A program made the position numbers and the translations under genes. This document shows positions 47,941-58,784 of a stretch of 64,000 nt of DNA, piece by piece. The DNA lies in the NCBI GenBank assembly GCA_046052125.1, contig JBJOMY010000001.1, positions 672,001 through 736,000 of the forward strand, given 5' to 3'. The DNA comes from Cyanobacteriota bacterium (lineage in GTDB: Bacteria > Cyanobacteriota > Cyanobacteriia > PCC-6307 > Cyanobiaceae). Under the pieces are notes generated by a model. The model was not told the origin of the DNA and searched no databases. It worked only from the letters and a program-made list of their open reading frames with translations. Numbering within the stretch: position 1 is the first letter of the stretch; every line of letters begins with the position of its first letter.

Positions 47941-49631
47941 TCCACGCCCGGGTACAGGTCACTGCCGATGAACAACTTGCGGGCGTTGTCGGCCTCGAGG
48001 TAGCAGTGGCCGCGGTCCATGCGGATCGTGGTCTTGCTGAAGTCGTTCTCGCCGGTGGTCTGGCCGTGACGGCATTTGCCGTGGTGGATGTCGAGAACAC
48101 CGGGCTGGGGCTGGCTGAATTCATCCACCTTGGGGCGATCGATCAGCCACACCGCTGAGGCATAGCGCTCCAGCTCAGACGTCCCCGCCAGATGGGACAC
48201 ATCGGGGCCGGTGGGGTTGCCGTAAGCGCCGCGGTTCAGCTGGGCGATCACGAAGACATCCAGCTCACAGCGGCCTGCCAGGGCCTTGATGGCCGTGGCC
48301 CTCGCTGCCAATTCAGCCGTGGTGTTGCTCCCATACCCAGGCGTTGGCCCCATGGCATGGAAGTGATCGAGCACCACCGCCGCCAGCTCGGGGTGGGCGC
48401 TCTTGCAGTCCTCCACCAGGGCCGCCAGCTCTTCCACCGTGGCGGCAAATTGCGATTGGTAGAACACGTGCCCCATGCGCTGGCCATTGGTGGCAAGGCC
48501 ATCGCCGAACTGATCGGCGAGCTGCTTGAGGTGCTCGAGATCGCGGCCCTCGATCACCTCCCCGCGGCCCTCGAGTTCGTTGGCCGAGTAGCGCGAGGAG
48601 AACACGCCGCTGGCCTTACGGCAGTAGTTGGCAAACAGGCGGGCACCGATCGCACGGCGGCTCAGTTCACAGGAGAGAACCAGAACAGAGGCACCGTTGT
48701 AGGCCAACCCCATCGCAGCGGCGATCCCCACGGTCGTCTTCCCGACGCCCGATCGCGCGGCTAATACCCAGGTGCTGTCGCCAGTGCCCGGGAGCACACC
48801 ACCGCGCATGTCGATATCAAGCGAGGGAATGCCTGTCGAAATGGATTTGGGGCGTTGATCCGCAGGCAACGAGGCCAGAGCCACGCACTCACGGGTGGAA
48901 TCAGCCACCGCGCAGACCTCCTTGTTCTGGCGATAACGCCCTGCGGTGATCGAGGTGGCGTCATTGAGGAGCTGGCGGCAGCGCTCAAGTTCGCCATCGA
49001 TACCGCAATCGATCTGCTCCCGTGCCAGGAGCTTGCGCACGCCTGAATAGAACAGCGCCCTGGCCTTGGCGCTCTGGAACAGCTGGCAGGCGATCTTGAA
49101 ATCCAGCTCGGGGTGAATCAGGCCGTCATCACCCCAGGCGATCACCTCCGAAAGCGCTTCTTCCATCTGGAGCAATGAACCGCGGAAGCGGCCTTCCAAG
49201 GCGCGTTGGCGCAGGTCCTCACGAATCGCGTTGGCATTGAGCACATCAATGTCACGCCGGCCGCGGAACAGCTCATCGATCTCCAGTGCCAAGGCTCTTA
49301 GGCCCGGTTGGGTCCAGATCGAGCCAGGCACCACCTCGTCAAAGCGCAGCCCAATGGCGCGGCGAAACAGGCCCCAGCGTTCGCGTTGGTCGTCGGTCCC
49401 AACCAACACGGCAGCCAGGAGATTCTTTTCGTGCTCCGCCAGGGAGTGATTCGCAGGCACCGTTGGCACCTCGGCCGCCATCAAGCCAGCGGCGGTCTCG
49501 ATAAAGACGCCGTCATCGATCATCTTTTGGAGCAGCGCCGGGTCAAAGGCGCCGGGGATGGTGGTCTTGAGCTCCTCGTTGCCGGGGTCGTTGTTGCCGG
49601 CACCGGAGTTCGCGTTGGTGTTAGCGGTCAT
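47931..49631 (-). CDS. DnaB-like replicative helicase
   Basis: STGIPSLD, ARSGVGKT, VLDHFH, AQLNR, KCRHG. Confidence 0.85.
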   Translation of the reverse strand: MTANTNANSGAGNNDPGNEELKTTIPGAFDPALLQKMIDDGVFIETAAGLMAAEVPTVPANHSLAEHEKNLLAAVLVGTDDQRERWGLFRRAIGLRFDEVVPGSIWTQPGLRALALEIDELFRGRRDIDVLNANAIREDLRQRALEGRFRGSLLQMEEALSEVIAWGDDGLIHPELDFKIACQLFQSAKARALFYSGVRKLLAREQIDCGIDGELERCRQLLNDATSITAGRYRQNKEVCAVADSTRECVALASLPADQRPKSISTGIPSLDIDMRGGVLPGTGDSTWVLAARSGVGKTTVGIAAAMGLAYNGASVLVLSCELSRRAIGARLFANYCRKASGVFSSRYSANELEGRGEVIEGRDLEHLKQLADQFGDGLATNGQRMGHVFYQSQFAATVEELAALVEDCKSAHPELAAVVLDHFHAMGPTPGYGSNTTAELAARATAIKALAGRCELDVFVIAQLNRGAYGNPTGPDVSHLAGTSELERYASAVWLIDRPKVDEFSQPQPGVLDIHHGKCRHGQTTGENDFSKTTIRMDRGHCYLEADNARKLFIGSDLYPGVECL

Positions 49632-49666
49632 GGCCTGAACAGCGATGGGACGTGTGGGCCCTGGAT

Positions 49667-50734
49667 TCAGCGCCTGGCCTCCTGAGCGAACTGCTCAGCG
49701 GCCTTGCCGGGCTCACCGAGTCCGGCGGCTTCCAGGAGTTCTGCCAGCCGTTGCTTCTCAGAGGCGGGGAGGTCAAAGGCCTCCATGCCCTGACAACGCC
49801 AGGCGTGATCCCCCCAGACCAGGAGCTTGCGAGCGCGAGCGAAGTCCGGGTGGTGAATGACGGCCAGGTGGCCGCTGCCCACCTCTGGAGTGTTCCCACC
49901 GATTCCGCCACAGAGCCACCCGGAGTAAGGCGCCGTTGAAAGAGCCGTCTGGCCCTGGTTTCCCCAGCAGAAGACGTGCCAGAACTCCACCCCCAGACCC
50001 GCTGCTTTGCGATCAGCGCTGAGGAGGGCCATGGCGCAATCGGCGCCGTTGCGGCCCTGGGGGTAGGTCAAGCGCCAGAACTCAGGCACGTGCCGTAGGG
50101 CGCTGATCAGCACCGCCCAGAAGGCCTCGGCGCCGCCGGCGTGGCGGATCGCCTTCTGCAGCCGGCTGGCCAAAGCCGATCCCGTGGGGTTGTAAGCGGG
50201 CCAGGTCTGGGGCTTGTGTTGGTTGTAGGTGGCAACGAACTGAGCGATCAACGAGCTTTGTGGAGGCGTGTTATCCGGCTCAGCTGAGGGTTCCGGCTCA
50301 GTGGCTGGAGTCGCCTCTGGCTCTGCTGGCGCGAGGGTCGATCCCGGCGCTTTGCATGCTTGTGGTGCTTCCTGGGGCTCTGGCCCCCCAACGGCTACCG
50401 CGCTCAGATCTGCGTCCTCGTCCTCCAGGAGGGGCTCATTCAGGTAAATCCGCGTGCCATGAATACCGCTGCTGTAGGTCAGCCAGCCCAGGGTCCTCAG
50501 ATCCTGAAGGTCTTCTCTGAGCAGCCGCGGTTGCAGATGCCAAGCCGCTGCTAGATCCCGCAGCACCAGGTGCACTTCACGGCCTTCGCGCGCACGAAAT
50601 TGCAGATGGCCATAGAGCTGGGCAACGCGCAAGCAACGGCTTGCCCCCGTCGATCCACGCAGCTCACGCCCCTGCTGTTGCAGGGCTCGATACGTGCGAT
50701 CAATGCCGTCAGTGCTAAGGGCGTAGAAACGCAT
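49667..50734 (-). CDS. Putative replication initiator
   Basis: N-terminal wHTH-like segment; first gene of the operon with dnaB/dnaG; iterons upstream. Confidence 0.55.
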   Translation of the reverse strand: MRFYALSTDGIDRTYRALQQQGRELRGSTGASRCLRVAQLYGHLQFRAREGREVHLVLRDLAAAWHLQPRLLREDLQDLRTLGWLTYSSGIHGTRIYLNEPLLEDEDADLSAVAVGGPEPQEAPQACKAPGSTLAPAEPEATPATEPEPSAEPDNTPPQSSLIAQFVATYNQHKPQTWPAYNPTGSALASRLQKAIRHAGGAEAFWAVLISALRHVPEFWRLTYPQGRNGADCAMALLSADRKAAGLGVEFWHVFCWGNQGQTALSTAPYSGWLCGGIGGNTPEVGSGHLAVIHHPDFARARKLLVWGDHAWRCQGMEAFDLPASEKQRLAELLEAAGLGEPGKAAEQFAQEARR

Positions 50735-50888
50735 GGAGCGGATCAGGAGGACATGCTCCTGTCGTCATGCCGGAGGCTACCGGGGGCAACCTGCACACCC
50801 TCCCTGGAGCGGCTCGAGGCAGCGAGCTGTTCTGTCTTGCTTCTGAGTCCTGATCCTTCAGCCGCTTGCGTTTGTTATGGCTGTTGTT

Positions 50889-51026
50889 CTTTAAACCTTA
50901 TAGATCTATAGATGGTGGACCTCTCCGTTCCCTTTGAAGGAACTCTCCGGCTCCTATCAAGCGAACTCAGCGGTCTCATCAAGGAACCTGTCAGGTTCTC
51001 ATCGAGGATTCGGGAGGTTCTTTCCA
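50889..51026. repeat. AT-rich tract plus 4-5 tandem 22-bp iterons, putative origin
   Basis: TATAGATCTATA, then GGACCTCTCCGTTCCCTTTGAA / GGAACTCTCCGGCTCCTATCAA / GCGAACTCAGCGGTCTCATCAA / GGAACCTGTCAGGTTCTCATCGA from 50917. Confidence 0.65.
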
Positions 51027-51205
51027 GACCAACGCCGCACTGCCACTAAATCCGCTACTTCCAGATCGGGCAAGTCCGCCAGGATCTGCGCGCTGCTCAG
51101 ACCAGCGGCATAGAGCTCGAGAATGTCGGCCACGCGGATCCGCATCCCGCGGATGCAGGGCCTACCGCCGCACTGCTGAGGGTTGGTGGTGATCCGATCA
51201 CGCAT
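50999..51205 (-). CDS. DUF433 protein (orphan, possibly truncated)
   Basis: RITTNPQQCGGRPCIRGMRI; C-terminus runs into the iterons. Confidence 0.7.
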   Translation of the reverse strand: MRDRITTNPQQCGGRPCIRGMRIRVADILELYAAGLSSAQILADLPDLEVADLVAVRRWSGKNLPNPR

Positions 51206-51872
51206 GCCTGCACCCTAGGTGCGCTGGACGGAGCTGTTGACGACATCGGTTACAGCGCCACACCCCCTGAGCCATGACCCCTCGGTGCCCTCTCACCGCC
51301 CGCGGGGGGTCTAGCGAGTGCCACAGGGCCGCACTCCTCACGCGCGGCTTTCGACGGCTCTCCGGTTCTGCAGACCCTGGGGGCTCGTTGGGTGTTGGGT
51401 GCTGGCGAATCAGGCGGGAGATCCTGCAACGCGCTTGAGGCAGTCGTCCATCACTCCCGCCGATGCGACGCCATGAACTGCTTTACCCCAACCCCTGACG
51501 GGACATACGTCGCTCTCCCGCAAAAGCGCCGCGATGCAGAAGACCGGCCTGGCAGAAGCTCTGGCCAAGGATCTGCTGCACAGCCTCGAAGGCTGGCTGT
51601 CCTATGGCGTGTTGCTGGTGGTGCCATTCCTGATCTGCCGCTACTTCCATCTCTGATCGAGCAGCCCAGTCTGTCGAGGTCGAGTATCTCGATGCCATGG
51701 CCATCGGACTGCTCAACGCAGAAGACACGATCAAACACGTGCAAGACGTGAGGCCTTTGCAAGAGCGGCGATCCATGGGACAGGCATGGTTGACACAGAG
51801 CGCCTCACGCTTTTTCCCACGAGCAAAGCGATGGCCAGACTCGCTAAACCTGCCTGGCCACGATTGCAGCGC

Positions 51873-54680
51873 TTAGGGGTTATCGGATGTCGCACTGCGT
51901 CGCCACAGGCGCCACACCTTCTCCAGTTCCAGATACAGGAAGAACAACAGGCTGAAGCCCACGCAGATCAGAAGGTCATGGCCGCTGAGCGGCGTTGTTC
52001 CGAAGAACGTGGAGAGGGCTGGCACATACAGCAGTAACAACTGCAAGCCCGAGGTCAGAACGACGGCCCAGATCAGCCAGGGGTTGGAGAAGGGCGCTAC
52101 CTGGACCAGGGGCAGGTCGCTGCGGGCTGAGAGGGCATGGCCCATCTGAGCCAGGCAGAGGGTGGTGAACACCATCGTTGCCCAGGGGGCGTCATGGCGT
52201 GCGGCGTAAAGCATCAAACCGATCACGATCACGGCGAACACCACACCGATGCGCAGGATGTAGCGGCCGATGCCCCGCGCAAAGATCGATTCACCGGGTT
52301 CGGCAGGCGCCTTCTCCATCAGCCCCTGCTCGCCGGGCTCCAGGGCCAGAGCCAGGGCCGGCACGCCGTCGGTCACCAGATTCATCCACAGGATCTGCAG
52401 CGGCGTCAGCGGCACACCCACCAGGCCCAGAAGCGGTGCTGAGGCGATCGTGATCAGCTCGCCCACATTGCTGCCGAGGATGTACTTCACGAAGCGGCGG
52501 ATGTTGGCGTAGACCAACCGCCCCTCCTCCACGGCATTCACGATCGTGGCGAAGTTGTCATCGAGCAGCACCATGTCGGCGGCTTCCTTGCTCACCTCGG
52601 TGCCGGTGATGCCCATCGCCACGCCGATGTGCGCCTGCTTGAGCGCCGGGGCGTCGTTGACGCCATCGCCGGTCATCGCCACCACCTGGCCATTGGCCTG
52701 GAGGGCCTTCACGATCCGGAGCTTCTGCTCGGGCGGTACGCGGGCGTAGACGTTGCAGCGCGCCACTGCCTCCTTCAGGGCGGGCTCATCCATCGCCTCA
52801 AGCTCACGGCCGAGGATTACCTCGCCGCTGCTGTCGGTCAGGCCGATCGCCGAGCCGATCGCGCGGGCGGTGAGCGGGTGATCACCCGTGATCATCACCG
52901 GGCGAATCCCCGCCTGGCGGCAGGTAGCCACAGCCTCCGCAACCTCTGGACGGGCCGGATCCAGCTGAGCCATCAAGCCCAGAAAGATCTGACCATTGAG
53001 GTCATGGTCGGGGCTTTGGTGGTGGGGAGCGCAGGCGAACGCCAGGACCCGCAGTCCACTGGCTGCTAGTTGCTGAGCCTGCTCCAGCCACCACTCACGC
53101 TGAGCTCCTCCCATGGAGATCACGCCGGAGCCATCGACCCAGCGATCGCAGTGGCTCACGATCACTTCCGGTGCGCCCTTGCAGATCAGGAGACGATCGG
53201 AGCCGGCGCCAGCGGTCCCGAGCGGCGCCTGCAGTTCGCCGCGGGGATCCTCGATCCACACCGCCATCAGCTGCCGCTCAGAGCTGAACGGGATCTCGCC
53301 GTCGCGGCGGAAGTGGCTGCGCAGCTCGAAGTCATCGATGCCAACCTTCTGAGCCACCACCGACAGGGCGCCCTCGGTGGGATCGCCCAGGACATCCCAG
53401 CTGCCGTCGGCCTCTTGCTTCAGCTCGGCATCACTGCAGAGCACACCGGCGTTCAGAAGCAGGGTTTGCAGCCCCTTGGCGGCACCAGGCTCACAGCCTT
53501 GAGGCTGGGCGAGCGCGGATTCGATGAAATCACCGGTTGGTACATAGCCCTGGCCCGTGACCTCAACCCTGGAGGTTCCGAGGCGCAGTTCCTGCACCAC
53601 CTGGCGGTTCTGGGTGAGGGTGCCGGTCTTATCCGAGCAGATCACGGTCACCGAGCCCAGGCCCTCCACCGCCGGCAGGCGGCGGATCAGGGCAGCGCGG
53701 CGCACCATGCGCTGGGTGCCGATCGCCAGGGTCACGGTGATCACTGCCGGGAGGCCCTCGGGCACGATCGCCACCGCCATCGACAGCGACACCTCCAGCA
53801 GGTTGAGTGGGTCCTGCTTGAGGAGCAGGCCGAGTGCCACCACCAGCGCCACAAGAGCGAGCGCGCTGCCCACGAGCACCTTGGCTAAGCCATCGAGACG
53901 TTCCTGGAGCGGCGTGCTCTCGCCGCCGGCGGTGTTGATCAACTCAGCGATCTGGCCCAGTTCGGTCGCCATACCGGTGGCAGTGACGACGGCGACACTG
54001 CGACCACGCACCACTTCCGTGCCCTGGAACAAGCAGTTCTGCCGCTCCAGAACCGGCGTGCCCTCCTCGAGCACCAGGTCGGCCCGTTTGAACACGGCTT
54101 CTGCTTCACCGGTCAGGGCGGCCTCCCGCACCCCCAGGTCGGCGACCTCGATCAGACGGGCATCGGCCGGAACGCGATCACCGGCCTCCAGGCGAATCAG
54201 ATCGCCAGGCACAAGCAGTTCACTACTTAGACGCTGCCAGCTGCCATCGCGGCGGACTTGCACCAGGGGCTGCGCCATGTCACGCAGCGCCAGCAGTGCC
54301 TGTTGGGCCTTGCTCTCCTGCAGGTAGCCAAGCAGGCCGTTGAGGACCACGATCACCAGGATGGCGATGGCGTCCTTGGGGAATTCCTGCTGGTGGATCG
54401 AGACAGCCGCTGACACAGCGGCCACCGCCAGCAACATGATCAACATCACGTTGCTGAACTGATCCCAGAGGATCTGCCAGTTGCTGCGGCCCGCCGAAAG
54501 TTCCAATCGGTTGGGGCCGCCGTCGGCCAGGCGACGCGCGCTCTCAGCGGTCGACAGGCCCTCGGGACTGCAGCTCAGCTGCTTCAGGGCATCGGGAACC
54601 GCCAGCGCATGCCAAGGCGTTGTGCGTTGCGGGTCCAAGGCTCGGTGGGCAAACGGGCGAGACCCTAAGGCAATCGACAC
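51873..54680 (-). CDS. P-type IIA cation (Ca2+)-transporting ATPase, PacL-like
   Basis: [30 protein letters not shown]. Confidence 0.92.
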   Translation of the reverse strand: MSIALGSRPFAHRALDPQRTTPWHALAVPDALKQLSCSPEGLSTAESARRLADGGPNRLELSAGRSNWQILWDQFSNVMLIMLLAVAAVSAAVSIHQQEFPKDAIAILVIVVLNGLLGYLQESKAQQALLALRDMAQPLVQVRRDGSWQRLSSELLVPGDLIRLEAGDRVPADARLIEVADLGVREAALTGEAEAVFKRADLVLEEGTPVLERQNCLFQGTEVVRGRSVAVVTATGMATELGQIAELINTAGGESTPLQERLDGLAKVLVGSALALVALVVALGLLLKQDPLNLLEVSLSMAVAIVPEGLPAVITVTLAIGTQRMVRRAALIRRLPAVEGLGSVTVICSDKTGTLTQNRQVVQELRLGTSRVEVTGQGYVPTGDFIESALAQPQGCEPGAAKGLQTLLLNAGVLCSDAELKQEADGSWDVLGDPTEGALSVVAQKVGIDDFELRSHFRRDGEIPFSSERQLMAVWIEDPRGELQAPLGTAGAGSDRLLICKGAPEVIVSHCDRWVDGSGVISMGGAQREWWLEQAQQLAASGLRVLAFACAPHHQSPDHDLNGQIFLGLMAQLDPARPEVAEAVATCRQAGIRPVMITGDHPLTARAIGSAIGLTDSSGEVILGRELEAMDEPALKEAVARCNVYARVPPEQKLRIVKALQANGQVVAMTGDGVNDAPALKQAHIGVAMGITGTEVSKEAADMVLLDDNFATIVNAVEEGRLVYANIRRFVKYILGSNVGELITIASAPLLGLVGVPLTPLQILWMNLVTDGVPALALALEPGEQGLMEKAPAEPGESIFARGIGRYILRIGVVFAVIVIGLMLYAARHDAPWATMVFTTLCLAQMGHALSARSDLPLVQVAPFSNPWLIWAVVLTSGLQLLLLYVPALSTFFGTTPLSGHDLLICVGFSLLFFLYLELEKVWRLWRRSATSDNP

Positions 54681-54880
54681 GCTGTTTTGGCCGAAAGCGT
54701 CTGCTGGAGAGAGCGGACGGGCGGACTTCGGCAGCAGGCGTTAACGATCGGTGCTCCGCTTCTGATCGTGCAACCAGGCGTGGACGCCCAGGCTTGTGAG
54801 TGCTTGGCCGGTTGGCCACCGCAGTAACCCAACCCGGCCGAACGGCGCAAGGGTGAAACCACGGGGAATGCTCCCGGCAG

Positions 54881-55828
54881 ATGCCGCCCGTCCCCATGCC
54901 CCCTCGTCACGCCCCCGTTGCCTCCACCGTGAAGACCTGGCTGAACACCAGCAGTGCCCATCGCCCGCTGTGCGAACGCACGGTGATGGAGCTCTCGCGC
55001 CGGATTCAGCGTTGGCAACAACACCCCGATGGCCCAAGCCATGCCCCCAAGCCCGTGCGCCGCAGTGCCCTGCGGGCCCGTGAGCAGTTGGTGCGCCACA
55101 ACCTGGGCCTGGTGGCCCACACCTGGGGCCGCCACCGCTGCAGCCTGCCCGCCCATGACGACACCACCGCCGATGCGCTGCAGGAAGCGGCGCTGAATCT
55201 GGTGCGCGCAGCAGAAAAGTTTGATCCAGCCAAGGGTTACCGGTTCTCCACTTACGCCACCTTCTGGGTGCGGCGGGGGTTCGCGGAGTTTGAACAACGC
55301 GCCAAACGCGCGATTCGCTTCCCGGCGGAGAAGGCAGCGGTGGTGCTCAAAGCGCTGCGCCTGAGTCAGCAACACCAGAGCAGCACGGGCGATGAACCGG
55401 AACTGGAGTGGTTAGCGGCTCAGCTCAAGTTCGATGGCAAAGCCATGAACACCAAGCAGCTGGCGGAGTTCATCCGCCAGTGGGATGCCACCCGCACCGG
55501 ATCCCTCGATGGCGCCGAGGAGGACGGCGACGAGAGGGGCACTTCCACCCGACTGGATCAGGCGTCTCTGCAGCATGCGAGTGCTCAGGAGCAAGCATCA
55601 GAAGCCGACCCACAACACGCGGCCCTGCCGCAGTTGATGAACTGCCTGGATGAGCAGGAGTACCGCATGATCCGCAACCGATACCTGCGCCGCCCGCCCC
55701 TGAGCCCCTGTCAGTTGCGCCGCTCCATGGGCGGAATGGAGCCGCACCAGATGCAGCAGTTGGAAGCAACGGCCCTGGGCAAATTGCGCCAAGCGGCCAC
55801 AGAGCACGACCTCAAGATTCAGGACTGA
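54881..55828 (+). CDS. RpoD-like sigma-70 factor (divergent)
   Basis: AREQLVRHNLGLV, KFDPAKGYRFSTYATFWVR; degenerate region 4. Confidence 0.85.
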   Translation: MPPVPMPPRHAPVASTVKTWLNTSSAHRPLCERTVMELSRRIQRWQQHPDGPSHAPKPVRRSALRAREQLVRHNLGLVAHTWGRHRCSLPAHDDTTADALQEAALNLVRAAEKFDPAKGYRFSTYATFWVRRGFAEFEQRAKRAIRFPAEKAAVVLKALRLSQQHQSSTGDEPELEWLAAQLKFDGKAMNTKQLAEFIRQWDATRTGSLDGAEEDGDERGTSTRLDQASLQHASAQEQASEADPQHAALPQLMNCLDEQEYRMIRNRYLRRPPLSPCQLRRSMGGMEPHQMQQLEATALGKLRQAATEHDLKIQD

Positions 55829-55846
55829 TCCATCCCCAGCCAGCGG

Positions 55847-56695
55847 TTGGCCGTACAACGCCCGGGGGCCAGTTGTCCTCAGGCGTTTGTGGTATGTGGC
55901 GCAGATCTGGGCTGCGTGGCTACAGCGAGGGGGTTGCCGATTGGCGGCATGACTCCTGGTGAAATCTGCACCACCCTGCTCACCCACAAGCAACGGGTGG
56001 CAGAGGCGGCTCACGGGTGGACGGTGGTGATTTGCAGCGCCGACAACGAACTCGTTGCCATGGCGGCCCTACTGGTGCCCCACTGCTCTCTGGCGGCGGG
56101 TTCCATTGCAGACCTGCTCGCCGGCTTGCCCGCGGGGAGCGAGCGATTGCTGGTGATCTGCGACGACGCGCTCCCCGATGGCGGTGCGACAGAGCTGATG
56201 GAGCAGCTGCGGGCGGCTCAGCCCCAAGCCACCTGCCGCTTTCTGGCCTATCTCCCCAGGACCATGGCGCCCGAGAGGCTCGAGCAAATGCTCGCCCATG
56301 GCTGCGATGCAATCTGTTGCCGCAGCAGCGGCGGAACGGGCACGGTGCTCAGCACCTTGGTGCAGGCGCTCCACGGGCAGCAGAGCGTCGATGAAGTCTT
56401 TCGCCGGCGTCTGCGGCGCGGGTCTTGCGGCCATCGCCAGCCGCTGCTCAAGCCCGCTGAACAGGAGTTGGTGCTGCTCGTTGCTCGCGGGCACAAGGCA
56501 CCGCAAATTGCGGCCCTGCGGCAGAGACGCTGCGACACCATCCGGCGTCAGCTGAGCGCCATCTACCGCAAGACCGGGGTGCGTGATCAACGCGGGCTGA
56601 TCGCCTGGGCACTGGCCCATGGCGTGATCAGGCCACTGGATCTCGACTCAGGAATCCATCAAGCCAGGATCACTGAGATCAGGCAACGGCCTTAG
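55847..56695 (+). CDS. LuxR-family regulator with degenerate receiver domain
   Basis: LKPAEQELVLLVARGH...TIRRQLSAIYRKTGV; start uncertain. Confidence 0.75.
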   Translation: MAVQRPGASCPQAFVVCGADLGCVATARGLPIGGMTPGEICTTLLTHKQRVAEAAHGWTVVICSADNELVAMAALLVPHCSLAAGSIADLLAGLPAGSERLLVICDDALPDGGATELMEQLRAAQPQATCRFLAYLPRTMAPERLEQMLAHGCDAICCRSSGGTGTVLSTLVQALHGQQSVDEVFRRRLRRGSCGHRQPLLKPAEQELVLLVARGHKAPQIAALRQRRCDTIRRQLSAIYRKTGVRDQRGLIAWALAHGVIRPLDLDSGIHQARITEIRQRP

Positions 56696-56704
56696 CGTGG
56701 AGTC

Positions 56705-56935
56705 ATGGATCTGCTTGATCGCATCACCGTCGACCCAGCCATCCGGTTTGGGAAGCCCTGCGTGCGGGGGACCCGACTCACGGTTGGTGATGTTCTGGGC
56801 ACCCTGGCTGCCGGCTGCAGTGAGACCGAGCTGCTTGAGGACTTCCCACAGCTCAGCCATGAGGATGTGTTGGCTTGCATGGCCTTTGCCGCTGAACGTG
56901 AACGCACCTTGATGGTGTCCACGGGGGTGGGTTGA
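56705..56935 (+). CDS. DUF433 antitoxin
   Basis: RITVDPAIRFGKPCVRGTRL. Confidence 0.88.
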   Translation: MDLLDRITVDPAIRFGKPCVRGTRLTVGDVLGTLAAGCSETELLEDFPQLSHEDVLACMAFAAERERTLMVSTGVG

Positions 56936-57282
56936 GCCTCAAGCTGCTTCTCGACGAGAACCTTTCTGAGCGTTTGCTTCCGCTGCTCAGCGAAGCGTTT
57001 CCAGATTCGAGCCACATCCGCTTACTCGGTCTCGGCGGTGTCGATGACCGCTCCGTCTGGGAGGAGGCCCGTGCTGGTGGCTATCTGCTGCTGACCAAGG
57101 ACGACGATTTCCTTGGAATGAGCCTGAGCCTCGGCTGGCCACCAAAGGTGGTCTGTCTGGCCATTGGCAATGCCTCGAATGCAGCCACAGCCCGGCTGAT
57201 CCTTTCAAGGCTGGAGGAGATTCGCTACTTCAACGACCATCCAGAAGCCGGCTTCCTCCTCCTCAAGCCAGCCTCTGGATGA
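56932..57282 (+). CDS. DUF5615 PIN-like toxin
   Basis: LLLDENLS...TKDDDF. Confidence 0.85.
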   Translation: MSLKLLLDENLSERLLPLLSEAFPDSSHIRLLGLGGVDDRSVWEEARAGGYLLLTKDDDFLGMSLSLGWPPKVVCLAIGNASNAATARLILSRLEEIRYFNDHPEAGFLLLKPASG

Positions 57283-57315
57283 TCCAGTGTTGAACGCTGA
57301 TCAGCGTCAATGGTT

Positions 57316-57771
57316 TCAGGCCGCCGCTCCTGAACGGTGCACTGCTGCTGAAACGGAAACCAACGCGTTCCGCCGCGGCAGATGGCAACAGGCACCGGAG
57401 CCAACCAACACATCACTGAGCCGCTTGGCCGCCAGGAGTGCATCGAGCTCGATGAGTTGCACCGCCTCGCGCTGACGCGGAAGCCAACCGGCGAGCAAGC
57501 CGCGATCACCCAGGGGCAGGGGTTTGGGTAGCTCGAGTCGTTGGCCGAGGAACGGCAACCAGCGCTCAACGCCATCGGCCTCACGCCACGGTTCAAAGCT
57601 GGCCACCTCCACCAGCTGCTTGAGCGTGGACTCGCCGTAGCTGAGGGACGTCAAATACATCACGTCCTTGAGCTGTTCAGCCTCAAGGGCAAGGGGCATC
57701 CAGAAGCCGCGATCGGCGGCGTTCTCGATCGCATCACGGTGGTGATGGGTGAGCAGAACCTTGGTGGTCAT
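57316..57771 (-). CDS. Hypothetical protein
   Basis: 151 aa ORF. Confidence 0.55.
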   Translation of the reverse strand: MTTKVLLTHHHRDAIENAADRGFWMPLALEAEQLKDVMYLTSLSYGESTLKQLVEVASFEPWREADGVERWLPFLGQRLELPKPLPLGDRGLLAGWLPRQREAVQLIELDALLAAKRLSDVLVGSGACCHLPRRNALVSVSAAVHRSGAAA

Positions 57772-57825
57772 GGCAGCGAGGAATCACTGCACCGGTTCTG
57801 GCTTTGCGGTCCTCAGTGACACCGC

Positions 57826-57882
57826 CCACAGGTGTGGCATCACCAGCGCCACAGACGTGGGATCCACAGGCCACAGGTGTGG
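57826..57882. promoter_or_regulatory. Three phased palindromic boxes CCAC-N4-GTGG
   Basis: CCACAGGTGTGG (57826), CCACAGACGTGG (57849), CCACAGGTGTGG (57871). Confidence 0.65.
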
Positions 57883-58254
57883 CATGGCTGTCTCTGGTGG
57901 AACAACACCAGCCAGTCGGGATCGGTGATTCCACGCACAGCGGGGGGCCAGCGAGCAGCCATTCCGTCAGCCTTTCTTCCAGCCAGATCGCCCCAACCGC
58001 AGCCCCAGCACCACCGCAACGGGGGCCCTGCCCCCCTCGGAACCCTATGGGGCGTTGCTTGTTGTTCATGCCTGTTGAGTTCCGAGGTGCCGCCATTGGC
58101 GGGGTGATGGCACTGGTGGTGCAGGCGTGTGGGCCGACACCGCTCGGGGCGGTGGTGCGTGGGGCGTTGGTGCAGCCCATGCATGCCCGCCAATCCATTG
58201 CAGCGCAAGGAGTTCAAGGCAAGGCCAATAGCCTCCCGCACCTGCAAACCACGC

Positions 58255-58695
58255 ATGCCCAAACGCTGTCTGCGCCGGCCGATGACCAGTGAGCAGCGGG
58301 CGTTTGCCTGCAAGCACCTGGGCCTGGCGCATCAACAGGCGCACCGCTTTGCGCGCCGTTGGTCGATGGCCGTCGACGACCTGATTGGCCCCGCCTACGA
58401 GGGTCTTTGTAAGGGTGCGATTGGCTTTGATCCCACGCTGGGGCATCGCCCCTCCAGCTATCTCGTCCCGAAGGTGAAAGGCGAGTTGCTGCACTACCTG
58501 CGCGACACGGGCTTCTCGCTGCGCATCAGCCACCGGCTGCGGGAGCTGTGGATCAAAGCGCGCCGATACGTCGCCCAGGGCCTCAGCGATCAGCAGATCG
58601 CCGATCAACTCCAAGTGCCCCTGGAGCGCTGGCTGGATTGTCGCCGCGCCTGCGGACAACGGCCGATTCCGCTGCATGAACTCCAGCGCGATTAA
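58255..58695 (+). CDS. Truncated SigF-like sigma factor (regions 2-3 only)
   Basis: DDLIGPAYEGLCKGAIGFDPTLG...KGELLHYLRD; paralog of 9281..9988. Confidence 0.8.
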   Translation: MPKRCLRRPMTSEQRAFACKHLGLAHQQAHRFARRWSMAVDDLIGPAYEGLCKGAIGFDPTLGHRPSSYLVPKVKGELLHYLRDTGFSLRISHRLRELWIKARRYVAQGLSDQQIADQLQVPLERWLDCRRACGQRPIPLHELQRD

Positions 58696-58784
58696 GCGCT
58701 GAGCTGCACACCACTCCGGAACCCTTTGGGGTCTCAGCAGCTTGTTCAACCACCCCCAGTAGCCTCCCGCACCTGCATCTCTCT

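Noticed and set aside
46216..49631. Chromosomal dnaG/dnaB housekeeping locus
   Set aside because: Divergent termini and a Rep/iteron context indicate element copies
50917..51026. CRISPR array
   Set aside because: Repeats are contiguous and degenerate with no spacers, and no cas genes were seen
51451..51776. Gene between DUF433 and the ATPase
   Set aside because: Overlapping short ORFs with no recognisable motif; cannot choose a frame
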